A DNA stretch of 64,000 bases from Acidimicrobiia bacterium (GTDB lineage Bacteria > Actinomycetota > Acidimicrobiia > IMCC26256 > JAENVU01), in contig JBBSAM010000008.1 of NCBI GenBank assembly GCA_038252255.1, positions 75,424 to 139,423 on the forward strand. Reading direction: 5' to 3'. A model generated the notes under the pieces. It made no database searches. It worked only from the letters and a program-made list of their open reading frames with translations, and had not been told where the DNA came from. Positions 45,216-54,023 of the stretch are shown one piece after another. The translations under genes were made by a program, and so were the position numbers. Numbering within the stretch: the first letter of the stretch is position 1; each line of letters starts with the position of its first letter.

Positions 45216-45887
45216 TCACTCGCCGGCGCTCTCGGCTTCGAGATGCATCCGGAGGCGACAGTTGGCACGGCGAGGATCGTGCGCGACGAGCTCGTCGACG
45301 ACGAGACGGTCACCCGAGCGCTCTGCAACTCCCTCGGCGATGCCCAGATGAAGATCGCAGATGGTGTCCGGGTCGGCGAGCACTGCCGACGCGAATGGAC
45401 AGTTGCGCAGCACCACGTCGACCCGCCGACCGCGCGCGCTGCGGAGCTCGGGCTCGAATCCCTGGCGCTCCATCACGTCCACGACAAGCGATACCGGATC
45501 ATCGCCGGCTCCCGGGCTTTGTCGTGGGCTGCCCACCGACCGCTTGCCGACCTCGAAGGCCGAGTCACCAGTTCGGAGGATCTCTGCGAGGAGCACGCTC
45601 AGACGCTCGTACGGCCCCGTGACCCCCCAGCGGCTCTCCGCACCAGGGTCCAGCCGGTAGAGAAGCTTCGGCCGTCCGCGCCGGCCGCCCGACGCATGGT
45701 CCTCGGTCACGAGCCCTGCATTCACGAGCTTCGCCAGGTGCTGTCGGATCGCGTTGTGATTCAAGCCGAGGTGCTCGGTGAGCTCCGCGATGTCGACCGG
45801 CCGCGTCGCGTCAGCGATGTACTCGAAGATGGAGTGCCGGGTGGGGTCGCCGAGAGCTCGGGCCTGCTCCTGGAGCGTCGTCATCAC
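45216..45887 (-). CDS. ArsR-type HTH transcriptional regulator with C-terminal extension
   Basis: ALGDPTRHSIFEYIADATRPVDIAELTEHLGLNHNAIRQHLAKLVNAGLV. Confidence 0.8.
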   Translation of the reverse strand: MMTTLQEQARALGDPTRHSIFEYIADATRPVDIAELTEHLGLNHNAIRQHLAKLVNAGLVTEDHASGGRRGRPKLLYRLDPGAESRWGVTGPYERLSVLLAEILRTGDSAFEVGKRSVGSPRQSPGAGDDPVSLVVDVMERQGFEPELRSARGRRVDVVLRNCPFASAVLADPDTICDLHLGIAEGVAERSGDRLVVDELVAHDPRRANCRLRMHLEAESAGE

Positions 45888-45918
45888 TCACCGTGCCTCT
45901 GAGTCAGTCTTTTGTCCG

Positions 45919-45931
45919 CTCTAGTCTAGAG
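45919..45931. promoter_or_regulatory. Perfect palindrome CTCTAG-T-CTAGAG upstream of the ArsR-type gene
   Basis: Lies in a low-GC 66-bp gap. A near-identical 13-mer occurs at 46338-46350. Confidence 0.5.
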
Positions 45932-45953
45932 AAAACATGGCGTCCCGGCGCCT

Positions 45954-46313
45954 TCACGGGACGAGTTCGACGATTCGCCGTGTCGCGCGCTGCTCCGCGA
46001 GGTGAGCCTGAACCTCTTCGAGCGACCGTCCGAGCGGGACGTGATCGAGCAGCTCGATCAGCGCATTGATCGGGACCTCATCGGTCGCCAGCCGCCGCAG
46101 CGACGCACCAAACTGGGCCAAGAGATGCCCACCGGCGATCTCGTGAATCGAGACGGACACCTGCGCCCGGTCGGGCACGCGTGCCAGTCCATCGTCGGCG
46201 AAGCAGACGAGCCGCACGCCGTCAACGGCGTAGCGCACCGGGTGGGTCGCGCCGGCGGCTGTCACCCAGGCGGTGTGATGGCTGGTGGCGGCTGCAGGCA
46301 GTGGCATGGTCAA
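45954..46313 (-). CDS. Hypothetical protein (119 aa)
   Basis: High GC3 ORF sitting between the MarR and ArsR genes on the same strand; no motif recognised. Confidence 0.55.
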   Translation of the reverse strand: MTMPLPAAATSHHTAWVTAAGATHPVRYAVDGVRLVCFADDGLARVPDRAQVSVSIHEIAGGHLLAQFGASLRRLATDEVPINALIELLDHVPLGRSLEEVQAHLAEQRATRRIVELVP

Positions 46314-46337
46314 CCTCGTGTCCTTCGTTATTTCCAG

Positions 46338-46350
46338 TCTATACTAGAGA
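46338..46350. promoter_or_regulatory. Operator-like 13-mer related to 45919-45931
   Basis: The minus strand reads CTCTAGTATAGAC against CTCTAGTCTAGAG (11/13 identical). Both are preceded by CAGTCT on the plus strand. Low-GC patch upstream of the 119-aa ORF. Confidence 0.4.
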
Positions 46351-46414
46351 TAATCACCAACCTCTGCCGGGGCCGCCTTCAAGCGGTCGGCCTCCTCCGT
46401 CGAGGAGATCGTCT

Positions 46415-46843
46415 TCACCGCGTCGGCGTTCGAACCTGCGTCGACCAGGTCCCGAGAAGCAGGCCCGCCTTCAGGCGCTCCAGCTCTTCCAGGTGGCGAT
46501 GGCTGAGCCGCGCCAGCTTGCGCCTCCCCGCGACCGTGAGCCTCAGGCGGACACAACGATGATCGAGCGGGTCCTGGACCCGCCGGACCAGGCCGGCTTC
46601 TGCGGCGCGATCGACGAGGCCGACGGCACTGTGGTGCCGGAGCAGGAGCGAGGCAGCAACGTCGCCGACGGTCGGCCCTCGCCGATCGGGCGCGCCGCGC
46701 ACTGCGAGCAGGAGCTGATGCTGCGCAGTGGTGATCCCAAGGGCCTCAGCCTGTTCCTCGCTCCAACGGAGGAAGCGGCGCAGCTCCGTCCGGAACGCCA
46801 GGAGCCGCTGATAGTCAGAGTCCGAGAAGTCGTCAATCGTCAT
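46415..46843 (-). CDS. MarR family transcriptional regulator
   Basis: LGITTAQHQLLLAVRG..PTVGDVAASLLLRHHSAVGLVDRAAEAGLVRR..DHRCVRLRLT winged helix. Confidence 0.85.
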   Translation of the reverse strand: MTIDDFSDSDYQRLLAFRTELRRFLRWSEEQAEALGITTAQHQLLLAVRGAPDRRGPTVGDVAASLLLRHHSAVGLVDRAAEAGLVRRVQDPLDHRCVRLRLTVAGRRKLARLSHRHLEELERLKAGLLLGTWSTQVRTPTR

Positions 46844-46851
46844 GGCAGTTA

Positions 46852-46866
46852 GATCGTATTACGATC
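46852..46866. promoter_or_regulatory. Perfect 15-bp palindrome GATCGTA-T-TACGATC, candidate MarR operator
   Basis: Located 9 nt from the MarR start codon, in the MarR/ClC divergent region. Confidence 0.55.
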
Positions 46867-46886
46867 CTTTCGTGCGACACCGCCGA

Positions 46887-48146
46887 ATGTCCGGCTTGCT
46901 CGATGGAATCTTCCTTGGCATGGAGCCCAGAGTCGTCGGCCTCGTGGTCGTCGTGGGCCTCGCGTCCGGAATCGTCGGAGCCTTGTACCTGTTGGTGCTC
47001 CATCTGCTTCAGAACGTGCTCTGGCCGACCGAGTGGAGCGGCGTCGTAGGTTTCGCGATCCTGGGGGGAGTCGGCCTCTTCGCTGGTCTCATGACGCGCT
47101 TCGCCGGCAGCCCCGGCGACGTCGAGCTCATGGTCGACAACATCCACGTCTCGGGTTCCGCCAGCGGCGTTCGAATGCTGCGTTCGTTGATCCCGATCTC
47201 GTGGCTGTGCATCGCGTCCGGCGGTGGAATGGGTCCTGAAGCCCCACTCGTACAGACGACGGGGACCCTCGCATCGTGGACCGCGAAACGCGCCGGGCTG
47301 ATCGTGCGCGAGTCCCGCATCTTGACCATCGCCGGTATGGCCGCCGGATTCACGGTGCTGTTCGGCGCTCCACTCGGCTCTGCGATCTTCGCGCTCGAGA
47401 TGCTGCACCGAAGGGGCCTGCAGTATTACGAAGCACTGCTCCCCGCCGTGCTCGGATCGCTCGCCGGCTACGCGGTGTACACGGTTGCTACGGGCGCCGA
47501 CCTCCAGCCGGTCTGGCACCTCTCATCGCCGGTCGCGATCCGCCCGATCGACCTCGCATGGGCTGCCGCGGCCGGCACCGGTGGCGCGCTCGTCGCCGTC
47601 GTATTCACCTACCTGAGCACCGGGCTGCGCATCTTGTCACGCAAGGTGAAAGCCGAGTTGCGGCCCGTCATCGGCGGCGTGGTGCTCGCCGCGCTCGGGC
47701 TTGCGTCGGCATACTCACTCACGTTCGGTGAAGCCCAGATCAACAAGATCCTGGCGCACCACGGCGGCACGGTGGCCTTCTTCGCGCTGGCAGCCGGAGC
47801 GAAGCTCTTGGGCACCTCCGTGACCCTCTCGTCGGAGTGGCGTGGTGGTTTCATCATCCCCCTCTTCTTCATGGGCGCCTGCTTGGGTCGGGCATTCCAC
47901 GTCATCGCGCCGGGCACCAACGAGGCGGTCATGGTCGCCGCGCTCATGGCTTCCGCAAACGCGGGAGTGACGAAGACACCTCTCGGTTCGACGCTCGTCG
48001 TGAGCGAGATGGCCGGGTTCCGCCTCCTGCCCACGACCCTGCTCGCAACGGTCGTCGCATTCGTTCTCACCAGCGAGGTCGGGCTCATTCACACGCAGCG
48101 CGAACGCGATGTCGTGGGCGAAGACGCGCCTGGTCGTGGTCGGTGA
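46887..48146 (+). CDS. ClC family voltage-gated chloride channel / H+-Cl- antiporter
   Basis: ORF from 46842, trimmed to ATG 46887 so the palindrome stays outside the CDS. GGGMGPEAPL, GAPLGSAIFALE and GGFIIPLFF selectivity-filter-type segments. Confidence 0.85.
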   Translation: MSGLLDGIFLGMEPRVVGLVVVVGLASGIVGALYLLVLHLLQNVLWPTEWSGVVGFAILGGVGLFAGLMTRFAGSPGDVELMVDNIHVSGSASGVRMLRSLIPISWLCIASGGGMGPEAPLVQTTGTLASWTAKRAGLIVRESRILTIAGMAAGFTVLFGAPLGSAIFALEMLHRRGLQYYEALLPAVLGSLAGYAVYTVATGADLQPVWHLSSPVAIRPIDLAWAAAAGTGGALVAVVFTYLSTGLRILSRKVKAELRPVIGGVVLAALGLASAYSLTFGEAQINKILAHHGGTVAFFALAAGAKLLGTSVTLSSEWRGGFIIPLFFMGACLGRAFHVIAPGTNEAVMVAALMASANAGVTKTPLGSTLVVSEMAGFRLLPTTLLATVVAFVLTSEVGLIHTQRERDVVGEDAPGRGR

Positions 48147-48436
48147 GGTCGTGGGCGACGCGTACCCAATAGGTGTTGTAGAGGGTGGTCGTGCCTTCGA
48201 GCGACGGAGACGAACCCGACAGGATCATCGAAGTCGAACGGTCGAACGTCAATCGGCGAAACGCTCGACGCGCGCTCGGGATGCCCGGTCGCGGTGCGCA
48301 CGCGCCGACCCGAGGCGATCAGCTCCCGGGCAATCGCGCTCCCCGAATAGCTGAACGCTCCTGTAACGAGATCGAGGCCCGTGTCGGTGACCTCTTCGTT
48401 CCTCGGGCGGTCGTGACGCTCGGCGGGCGCGTTCAC
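48107..48436 (-). pseudogene. Frameshifted, 3'-truncated remnant of an NAD(P)-binding (NmrA/atypical SDR-like) gene
   Basis: GTG 48436 overlaps the stop of the upstream reductase (GTGA). Frame 1 reads LVTGAFSYSGSAIARELIASGRRVRTATGHPERA..IDVRPFDFDDP. After a 1-nt shift near 48200 it reads SLEGTTTLYNTYWVRVAHDLTDHDQA, and homology then ends. The last about 40 nt overlap the ClC 3' end. Confidence 0.55.
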
Positions 48437-49740
48437 GGCGCCTCCCGACGGCCTCTCCCTCGTAGATCCGAGAGGTGCGTGACATGCGTCCCGATCCAAT
48501 AACGGTCCGCGCTTCGAGCGGTCAGCCCGCGCCCGAGACCGGCCGCAGTCGTCGCGACACCAGTTGCGATGCTGAGCTCTGCACCGTCGAGGAGGTCGTT
48601 CCACATGATCGACCAACCACCGGCCAGGAGGCGGCCGACGCCGGGTGAGGTCAGCCCGCGGGTGAGCGCGGCCACGAGCTTCGGTCGGCGCAGCAGTGAC
48701 CGGTGGACGGGCGCGGTCGTCGACAGGTACGGCCCGTACGTGCACGCCACGTGCGCGCGGTACCGATCGGAAGCTTGCTCGATGCCGCCAAGGATCGCTT
48801 CGGCGGCGGCCCGGCCACTCTCCATCGCTTGCGCGATGCCTTCGCCTTGCAGCGGATTCACCAAGCCGGCGGCGTCACCGACAAGGAGGACGCGATCCCG
48901 TGCCGGAGTCGTACCCACGAGCCCCATCTTGAGCCATGCACCGAGCGGCCGCGCCGGCGATCGCGCGGAGGCGCGGACGCCGAGAACACCGACGCGCGAC
49001 GCGTGTTCGAGGAACGCGTCGAGGTCGCGCGCGGCGCGTCGGCCCGAGGTGCGATCAGCGAGCACACCGACGCCGAGGCCAACGTTCACCCGCCCCCCAC
49101 CCGCGGGAAATACCCAGCCGTACCCGGGGAATGCTGTCCCCGGAACCGGTGTCCACAACATGATGTGCGGGTCGTCGACCACCCCGTCGAGGTAGGTACG
49201 AACTGCGAACCCCCAGAGCACCCGGCCCGGATCCACCAGACGCGCGACGTCGGCGACCCGACTGGTCGCGCCATCGGCGCCGACGATCACGTCCGCGCGG
49301 ACGCGCGTCGTCGACGACAGCGAGAAGCCGCTGAGTCGACCCTCGTCGCCGATGGGGTCGTCGGCGCGCCCCTCGAAGAACTCCGCACCCGCCGAGATCG
49401 CGGCGAGCCGCAGCGTCGCGTCGAACTGCGATCGCTGCACGACGATCCCGTAGCCGGGATAGGTGCGCCCGGGCGCCGCGGGCAGTCGCACCCGATTGCC
49501 GGTCGGTCCGACGACGATCATGTCGCTGACTCGAGTGGCGTGCGGAACGTCGAGCATCAGATCGCGCAGGAGCTGGACACCCCGAGGCCCGATCAGGTCT
49601 CCGCAGGCCTTGTCACGCGGGAACGCGGCCTTGTCGACCAGCGCCACTCGTGCACCCGCCCGCGCCAGGACCAGGGCGGCGATGCTCCCCGCCGGGCCCG
49701 ATCCGACGACGAGCACATCGAATGACGTGTCGATCACCAC
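48433..49740 (-). CDS. Geranylgeranyl reductase family flavoprotein (MenJ-like)
   Basis: FDVLVVGSGPAGSIAALVLARAGARVALVDK FAD motif; ..GDAAGLVNPLQGEGI... Adjacent to a UbiE/MenG-type methyltransferase. Confidence 0.8.
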   Translation of the reverse strand: MVIDTSFDVLVVGSGPAGSIAALVLARAGARVALVDKAAFPRDKACGDLIGPRGVQLLRDLMLDVPHATRVSDMIVVGPTGNRVRLPAAPGRTYPGYGIVVQRSQFDATLRLAAISAGAEFFEGRADDPIGDEGRLSGFSLSSTTRVRADVIVGADGATSRVADVARLVDPGRVLWGFAVRTYLDGVVDDPHIMLWTPVPGTAFPGYGWVFPAGGGRVNVGLGVGVLADRTSGRRAARDLDAFLEHASRVGVLGVRASARSPARPLGAWLKMGLVGTTPARDRVLLVGDAAGLVNPLQGEGIAQAMESGRAAAEAILGGIEQASDRYRAHVACTYGPYLSTTAPVHRSLLRRPKLVAALTRGLTSPGVGRLLAGGWSIMWNDLLDGAELSIATGVATTAAGLGRGLTARSADRYWIGTHVTHLSDLRGRGRREAP

Positions 49741-49789
49741 TCTTTCCTCATGCGACCCGGAACTGTACGGTCAGGATCGAGGAGGACTC

Positions 49790-50521
49790 GTGCCGAGAAC
49801 CCTTGCTGATCCGAACCGCTTCGCCCAGGACTTGTTCCGGCCGCTCCCGCGTCACTACGACGTGCTCGAAGAGCTGCTCTCCTTCGGACAGAACGGGCGT
49901 TGGAGGCGCGAGATGGTCGCCCACGTCGAGAACGGCGGTCCGAGCGCCATTCTCGACGTGGCGACCGGGACCGCAGGCGTCGCGCTCGCACTCACCCGCC
50001 GCACCAACGCCCACATCACGGGCATCGACATCACCGAGGCGATGCTGCGAGAGGGACACGCGCGCGTCGCGCGCGCCGGAGCGGCGGGCCGCGTACGGCT
50101 CGCCGTCGGGCAAGCCGAACAGCTTCCCTTTCCCGACGGCTCGTTCGACGCACTGACGTTCACCTATCTGTTGCGCTACGTCGCCGATCCCGCCGCGACG
50201 CTGCGCGAGCTCGCACGTGTCCTCAAACCCGGCGCGGCGATCGCCAGCCTGGAGTTCTCGGTCCCTCCGAACCGGTTCTGGCGGTTCTGGTGGTGGCTGT
50301 ACACGCGGGGCGTGTTGCCGGTTGCGGGCTTCCTGACCGGCGGTCGTGAATGGAGCCGGGTAGGACGCTTTCTCGGGCCGAACATCTCGGCGCACTACGA
50401 CCGCTACCCCGTGGACTGGACCATCCAAGCGTGGCAGGAGGCAGGACTTGCGGACGTCGGCGTTCGCTCGATGAGCCGCGGTGGTGGACTGGTGATGTGG
50501 GCTCGGAAGCCGGACCGCTGA
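49790..50521 (+). CDS. menG: UbiE/MenG-type class I SAM-dependent methyltransferase (demethylmenaquinone methyltransferase-like)
   Basis: ORF 49463..50521 trimmed to GTG 49790 after AGGAGG. YDVLEELLSFGQNGRWRRE.., motif I ILDVATGTAGVAL, LKPGAAIASLEFS. Confidence 0.7.
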   Translation: MPRTLADPNRFAQDLFRPLPRHYDVLEELLSFGQNGRWRREMVAHVENGGPSAILDVATGTAGVALALTRRTNAHITGIDITEAMLREGHARVARAGAAGRVRLAVGQAEQLPFPDGSFDALTFTYLLRYVADPAATLRELARVLKPGAAIASLEFSVPPNRFWRFWWWLYTRGVLPVAGFLTGGREWSRVGRFLGPNISAHYDRYPVDWTIQAWQEAGLADVGVRSMSRGGGLVMWARKPDR

Positions 50522-50523
50522 GC

Positions 50524-51246
50524 ATGGCGCGGCCGGCGTACTACGCGGCACGCCCGGGGGGCTGGCGCGATTGGTGGACACTGCTTCACCCGCCGTATAC
50601 GTCGTGGCACCTCTCGTACGTCGTCATCGGCGCGACACTTGCACCGCACACCGACGGCGTACGCCTCGTCGGGACGCTGCTCGCGTTCTTCTTCGCCGTC
50701 GGCGTCGCGGCCCACGCGCTCGACGAGCTGCACGGCCGGCCGCTGCGCACCACAATTCCGACGGGATGGCTCGTCGGGCTCGGAGCTGGTGGTCTGCTGA
50801 TCGCGTGCGCGCTCGGCTTCGTCGGCGTGGATAGGGTCGGACCTGGATTGCTCGTGTTCATCGTGATCGGTCCGTTGCTCGTGTTGGGCTACAACCTCGA
50901 GCTGTTCGGCGGTTGGATTCACACCGACCTCGGGTTCGCTGCCACATGGGGGGCGTTCCCGGTGCTCGTCGCCTACTTCGTGCAGGCCGAGCGGCTCGAT
51001 CTCACGGCCGCGCTCGCAGCTACCGCAGCCTTGGGTCTCTCACTCGCGCAGCGGTCGTTGAGCACACCGGCACGCGCCCTACGTCGCCGGGTAGCGCGCC
51101 TTGACGGCAGCGTCACCTTGCACGACGGAACCGTGCACGAGCTCGACGCGCCGATGCTTCTCAAGCCGCTCGAACGTGCTCTGAGCTCGATGTCGTGGGC
51201 CATGCTCGCACTCGCGCTCGCGCTCGTCGCCGATCGGGTCCTCTAG
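50524..51246 (+). CDS. Hypothetical polytopic membrane protein
   Basis: ORF 50350..51246 trimmed to ATG 50524, 2 nt after the menG stop. About 7 hydrophobic segments; AAHALDELHGRP motif. Confidence 0.6.
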   Translation: MARPAYYAARPGGWRDWWTLLHPPYTSWHLSYVVIGATLAPHTDGVRLVGTLLAFFFAVGVAAHALDELHGRPLRTTIPTGWLVGLGAGGLLIACALGFVGVDRVGPGLLVFIVIGPLLVLGYNLELFGGWIHTDLGFAATWGAFPVLVAYFVQAERLDLTAALAATAALGLSLAQRSLSTPARALRRRVARLDGSVTLHDGTVHELDAPMLLKPLERALSSMSWAMLALALALVADRVL

Positions 51247-51317
51247 GACGCGCCCGAACGCGCCGGCGGAGCTCTCAGTGGTCCGTTCGCGACGCGCGGT
51301 CCGACCTCCCCTCGGGT

Positions 51318-52607
51318 TCACACGGCCCGGTAGGTGATCGGCAGGTGCTTCGGACCGGAGATGAACGTCGACGCGAGCCATTCCGTCTCGCCGGCAGGAC
51401 CCAGGTCGACGAGTCGGGTCAGCAGCTCACGAAGCAGCGCGTGGATCTCCACCCGCGCGATGTGGGCGCCCAGGCAGAAGTGCGGGCCACCACCCCCGAA
51501 CGCGATGTGGTCGTTGGGCGTACGAGCGAGGTCGAGCTCGCCCGCCGTCGGGCCGAACGCCTCCGGATCGCGGTTGGCCGATCCGTAGTACATGACCACC
51601 TTCTGGCCGGCGGCGATCGGCACGCCGTGCAGCTCCGTGTCTCGCGTCGCCGTGCGGCGCATGTACACGACCGGGCTCACCCACCGCAGCAGCTCCTCGA
51701 CCGCCGGCGCCAGCCGCGAGTCGAGGTCCTCGATGAGCCATGCCAGCTGTTCCGGGTGCGCGAAGAGCGCGTCAATGCCTCCGGCCACGAGATTTCTGGT
51801 CGTGTCACCACCGGCGTCGATGAGCAGCAGGAAGAAGAGGTTGAAGTCGATGACATCGAGCGCTTCACCGTCGACCGTCGCGTGGACGATGAGGCTGGCG
51901 AGATCGTCGGTGGGCTCGGCCCGCCGGGCCTCCCATACACCGTTCGCGTAGTTGAACATCTCGATCACCGCCAACATCGCGGCGCCGGCCGCCTGGCTCT
52001 CGGGAGCGGCGTGGATGGCCTCCGTGAGCGCGTAGAGCGCGACGCCGTCTTCATGCGGAATGCCGAACATGTCGGCGATCACGTACGAGGGCATCAGCCC
52101 GGCCACGTCGGGGACGAGGTCGCAGGCCCCCGCTTCGGCAACCTGATCGATGATGCGCGTCGCCAGCTGCTCGATGCGCGGCCGCATGGCCTGGGCCGCC
52201 TTGGGGATGAACTCCCGGGCGACGATCTTGCGCAGCGCCGAGTGCCGCGGCGGATCCGTGGTGAGCATCATCCGGTGGTCGCCGAGCTCAACGGCCTCGT
52301 CGGGTATCAGCACGGTCGGCGTCGACGAGAACGTGGCCGGGTCCCGCCCGACGGCCCGGACGTCCGCGTAGCGGGTGACCGCCCAGAAGCCGTCCGCGCC
52401 CGGTTCGGGGTGCCAGTGCACTGGCGAGTGTTCCCGGAGCCAGGCGAACTGATCGTGCGGTTGGCCGTGGGCGAAGGAGCTCGGCGCCAAGAGATCGATG
52501 TCCGTCACGGCTCTGAGTCTGCCCGCGCGATCAGCCTCTTGGAGGTCAAGCGCGCTCGACACAACCTCCGACGCGTTCTCGGGCGGCATTCCATTGCGTC
52601 GCAGCAC
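51318..52607 (-). CDS. Cytochrome P450
   Basis: Haem-binding FGGGGPHFCLGAHIAR, ExxR (EELLRW), I-helix LLLIDAGGDTT. Confidence 0.92.
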   Translation of the reverse strand: MLRRNGMPPENASEVVSSALDLQEADRAGRLRAVTDIDLLAPSSFAHGQPHDQFAWLREHSPVHWHPEPGADGFWAVTRYADVRAVGRDPATFSSTPTVLIPDEAVELGDHRMMLTTDPPRHSALRKIVAREFIPKAAQAMRPRIEQLATRIIDQVAEAGACDLVPDVAGLMPSYVIADMFGIPHEDGVALYALTEAIHAAPESQAAGAAMLAVIEMFNYANGVWEARRAEPTDDLASLIVHATVDGEALDVIDFNLFFLLLIDAGGDTTRNLVAGGIDALFAHPEQLAWLIEDLDSRLAPAVEELLRWVSPVVYMRRTATRDTELHGVPIAAGQKVVMYYGSANRDPEAFGPTAGELDLARTPNDHIAFGGGGPHFCLGAHIARVEIHALLRELLTRLVDLGPAGETEWLASTFISGPKHLPITYRAV

Positions 52608-52708
52608 AGCGACGAAGGCGGACGGTCGACGGCTAGTTTGAGATCCGTGATCGCCGGTAGTGAAGACGAGCGGGCGCGGCTACGCACACCGCTCGGCGCG
52701 GCGGGCGA

Positions 52709-53746
52709 GTGAACGAATCCCGTACCGCCCTGAACAGCCGTCGCTACCTCGTGCGGAGCGTTGATCTCGCGCGCCACCTCGACCTGTTCCTGGTCGCAGC
52801 GGTCGGGTCGGTGATCGGGAACCGCGTATTCCTCGTCATCACCGGATATCCACAGGTCGGTAACGGCACCCTACACATCTCGCACGCGATCTGGGGTGGG
52901 TTGATGATGGCGATCGCGATCATCATCGCGGTCACCTACCTCACGCCCGAGGTGCGGGGCGTCGTCGCGCTGCTCGGAGGGATTGGCTTCGGCTTCTTCG
53001 TCGACGAGCTCGGCAAGTTCATCACTCGCGACGTGAACTACTTCTTCCGGCCGACCTTCTCGTTGATCTACATCACCTTCCTCGCGATGTGCTTCGCCTT
53101 CCGGGCCATCGAGCGCAAGAGCTTCGGGCCAAACGAGGGCGTCCTGAACGCGCTCGAAGCACTGAAGGCGGCAACGGTCGGACGGCTCGACGAGCCCGGG
53201 CGGCGGAACGCGCTCGATCTGCTGCGGAACACCGCATCGGATGGGGGCATCGCGGATCGCGTCGCCGCGCTGCTCGACGAAGTCACCGTGCTCCCACCCC
53301 ATGAGCCATCAGGACCGGGGCGCGCGGCAATACGCGCCCGCACCCGGTACTTGCGCTGGACGACCCATCGAAGCTTCACAGTGACGGTCACTTCCGTGTT
53401 CCTGATTCGTACCGCCGCGTCCTTGGGTATCAGCGCGCTGATCGTGTTCGACGGCGGCGGGATCAAGGGCTTCAGCGAATGGATGATCGCGGTGAGCGAG
53501 GTGATCTCCACCGCGCTCACCGTCGTCGGCGTCGCCTGGCTCCCGTTGTCACGCGACCGCGCGTACCGGTGGTTCGACTGGAGCCTGCTCGTCAGCCTGC
53601 TCGTCACGCAGGTCTTCGTGTTCGAGCAGGAGCAGCTGGTCGGTACGATCAGCCTCGCCGTGACCCTCGTCTACTGGGCCATCCTGCGCTCCGCCATCCG
53701 CTCCGAGCAGGCGCGACCGGCGAACCCGCCGGCGGCGCGTAGGTAG
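52709..53746 (+). CDS. Hypothetical membrane protein
   Basis: 345 aa with several TM segments (HISHAIWGGLMMAIAIIIAV.., GIGFGFFVDELGKF); start uncertain. Confidence 0.55.
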   Translation: MNESRTALNSRRYLVRSVDLARHLDLFLVAAVGSVIGNRVFLVITGYPQVGNGTLHISHAIWGGLMMAIAIIIAVTYLTPEVRGVVALLGGIGFGFFVDELGKFITRDVNYFFRPTFSLIYITFLAMCFAFRAIERKSFGPNEGVLNALEALKAATVGRLDEPGRRNALDLLRNTASDGGIADRVAALLDEVTVLPPHEPSGPGRAAIRARTRYLRWTTHRSFTVTVTSVFLIRTAASLGISALIVFDGGGIKGFSEWMIAVSEVISTALTVVGVAWLPLSRDRAYRWFDWSLLVSLLVTQVFVFEQEQLVGTISLAVTLVYWAILRSAIRSEQARPANPPAARR

Positions 53747-54023
53747 TCCGCGCAGGCCGGTCGGGACGCGACGGTCCGGCGCATTCGCTCCAAGCTCAGG
53801 CAACTTCACCGACGGTGTCGATCGAGAGATGGCGCAATCTCATGTTGTGCTCCCCCGGTTCGCAGCGTGTGCTGGGAGACCCGATGGGCCCCCACGCACG
53901 CGCTGCCTTATTGCTCGTCCGTTTCCAGTCGCTTCAGCTCAGGAATCAATCCGACTGCATCTGTGTGCAATCCCGCTGACCGACGCGCGATGTTCGCTGC
54001 GTCTGGATGCAGCTCGACACACA

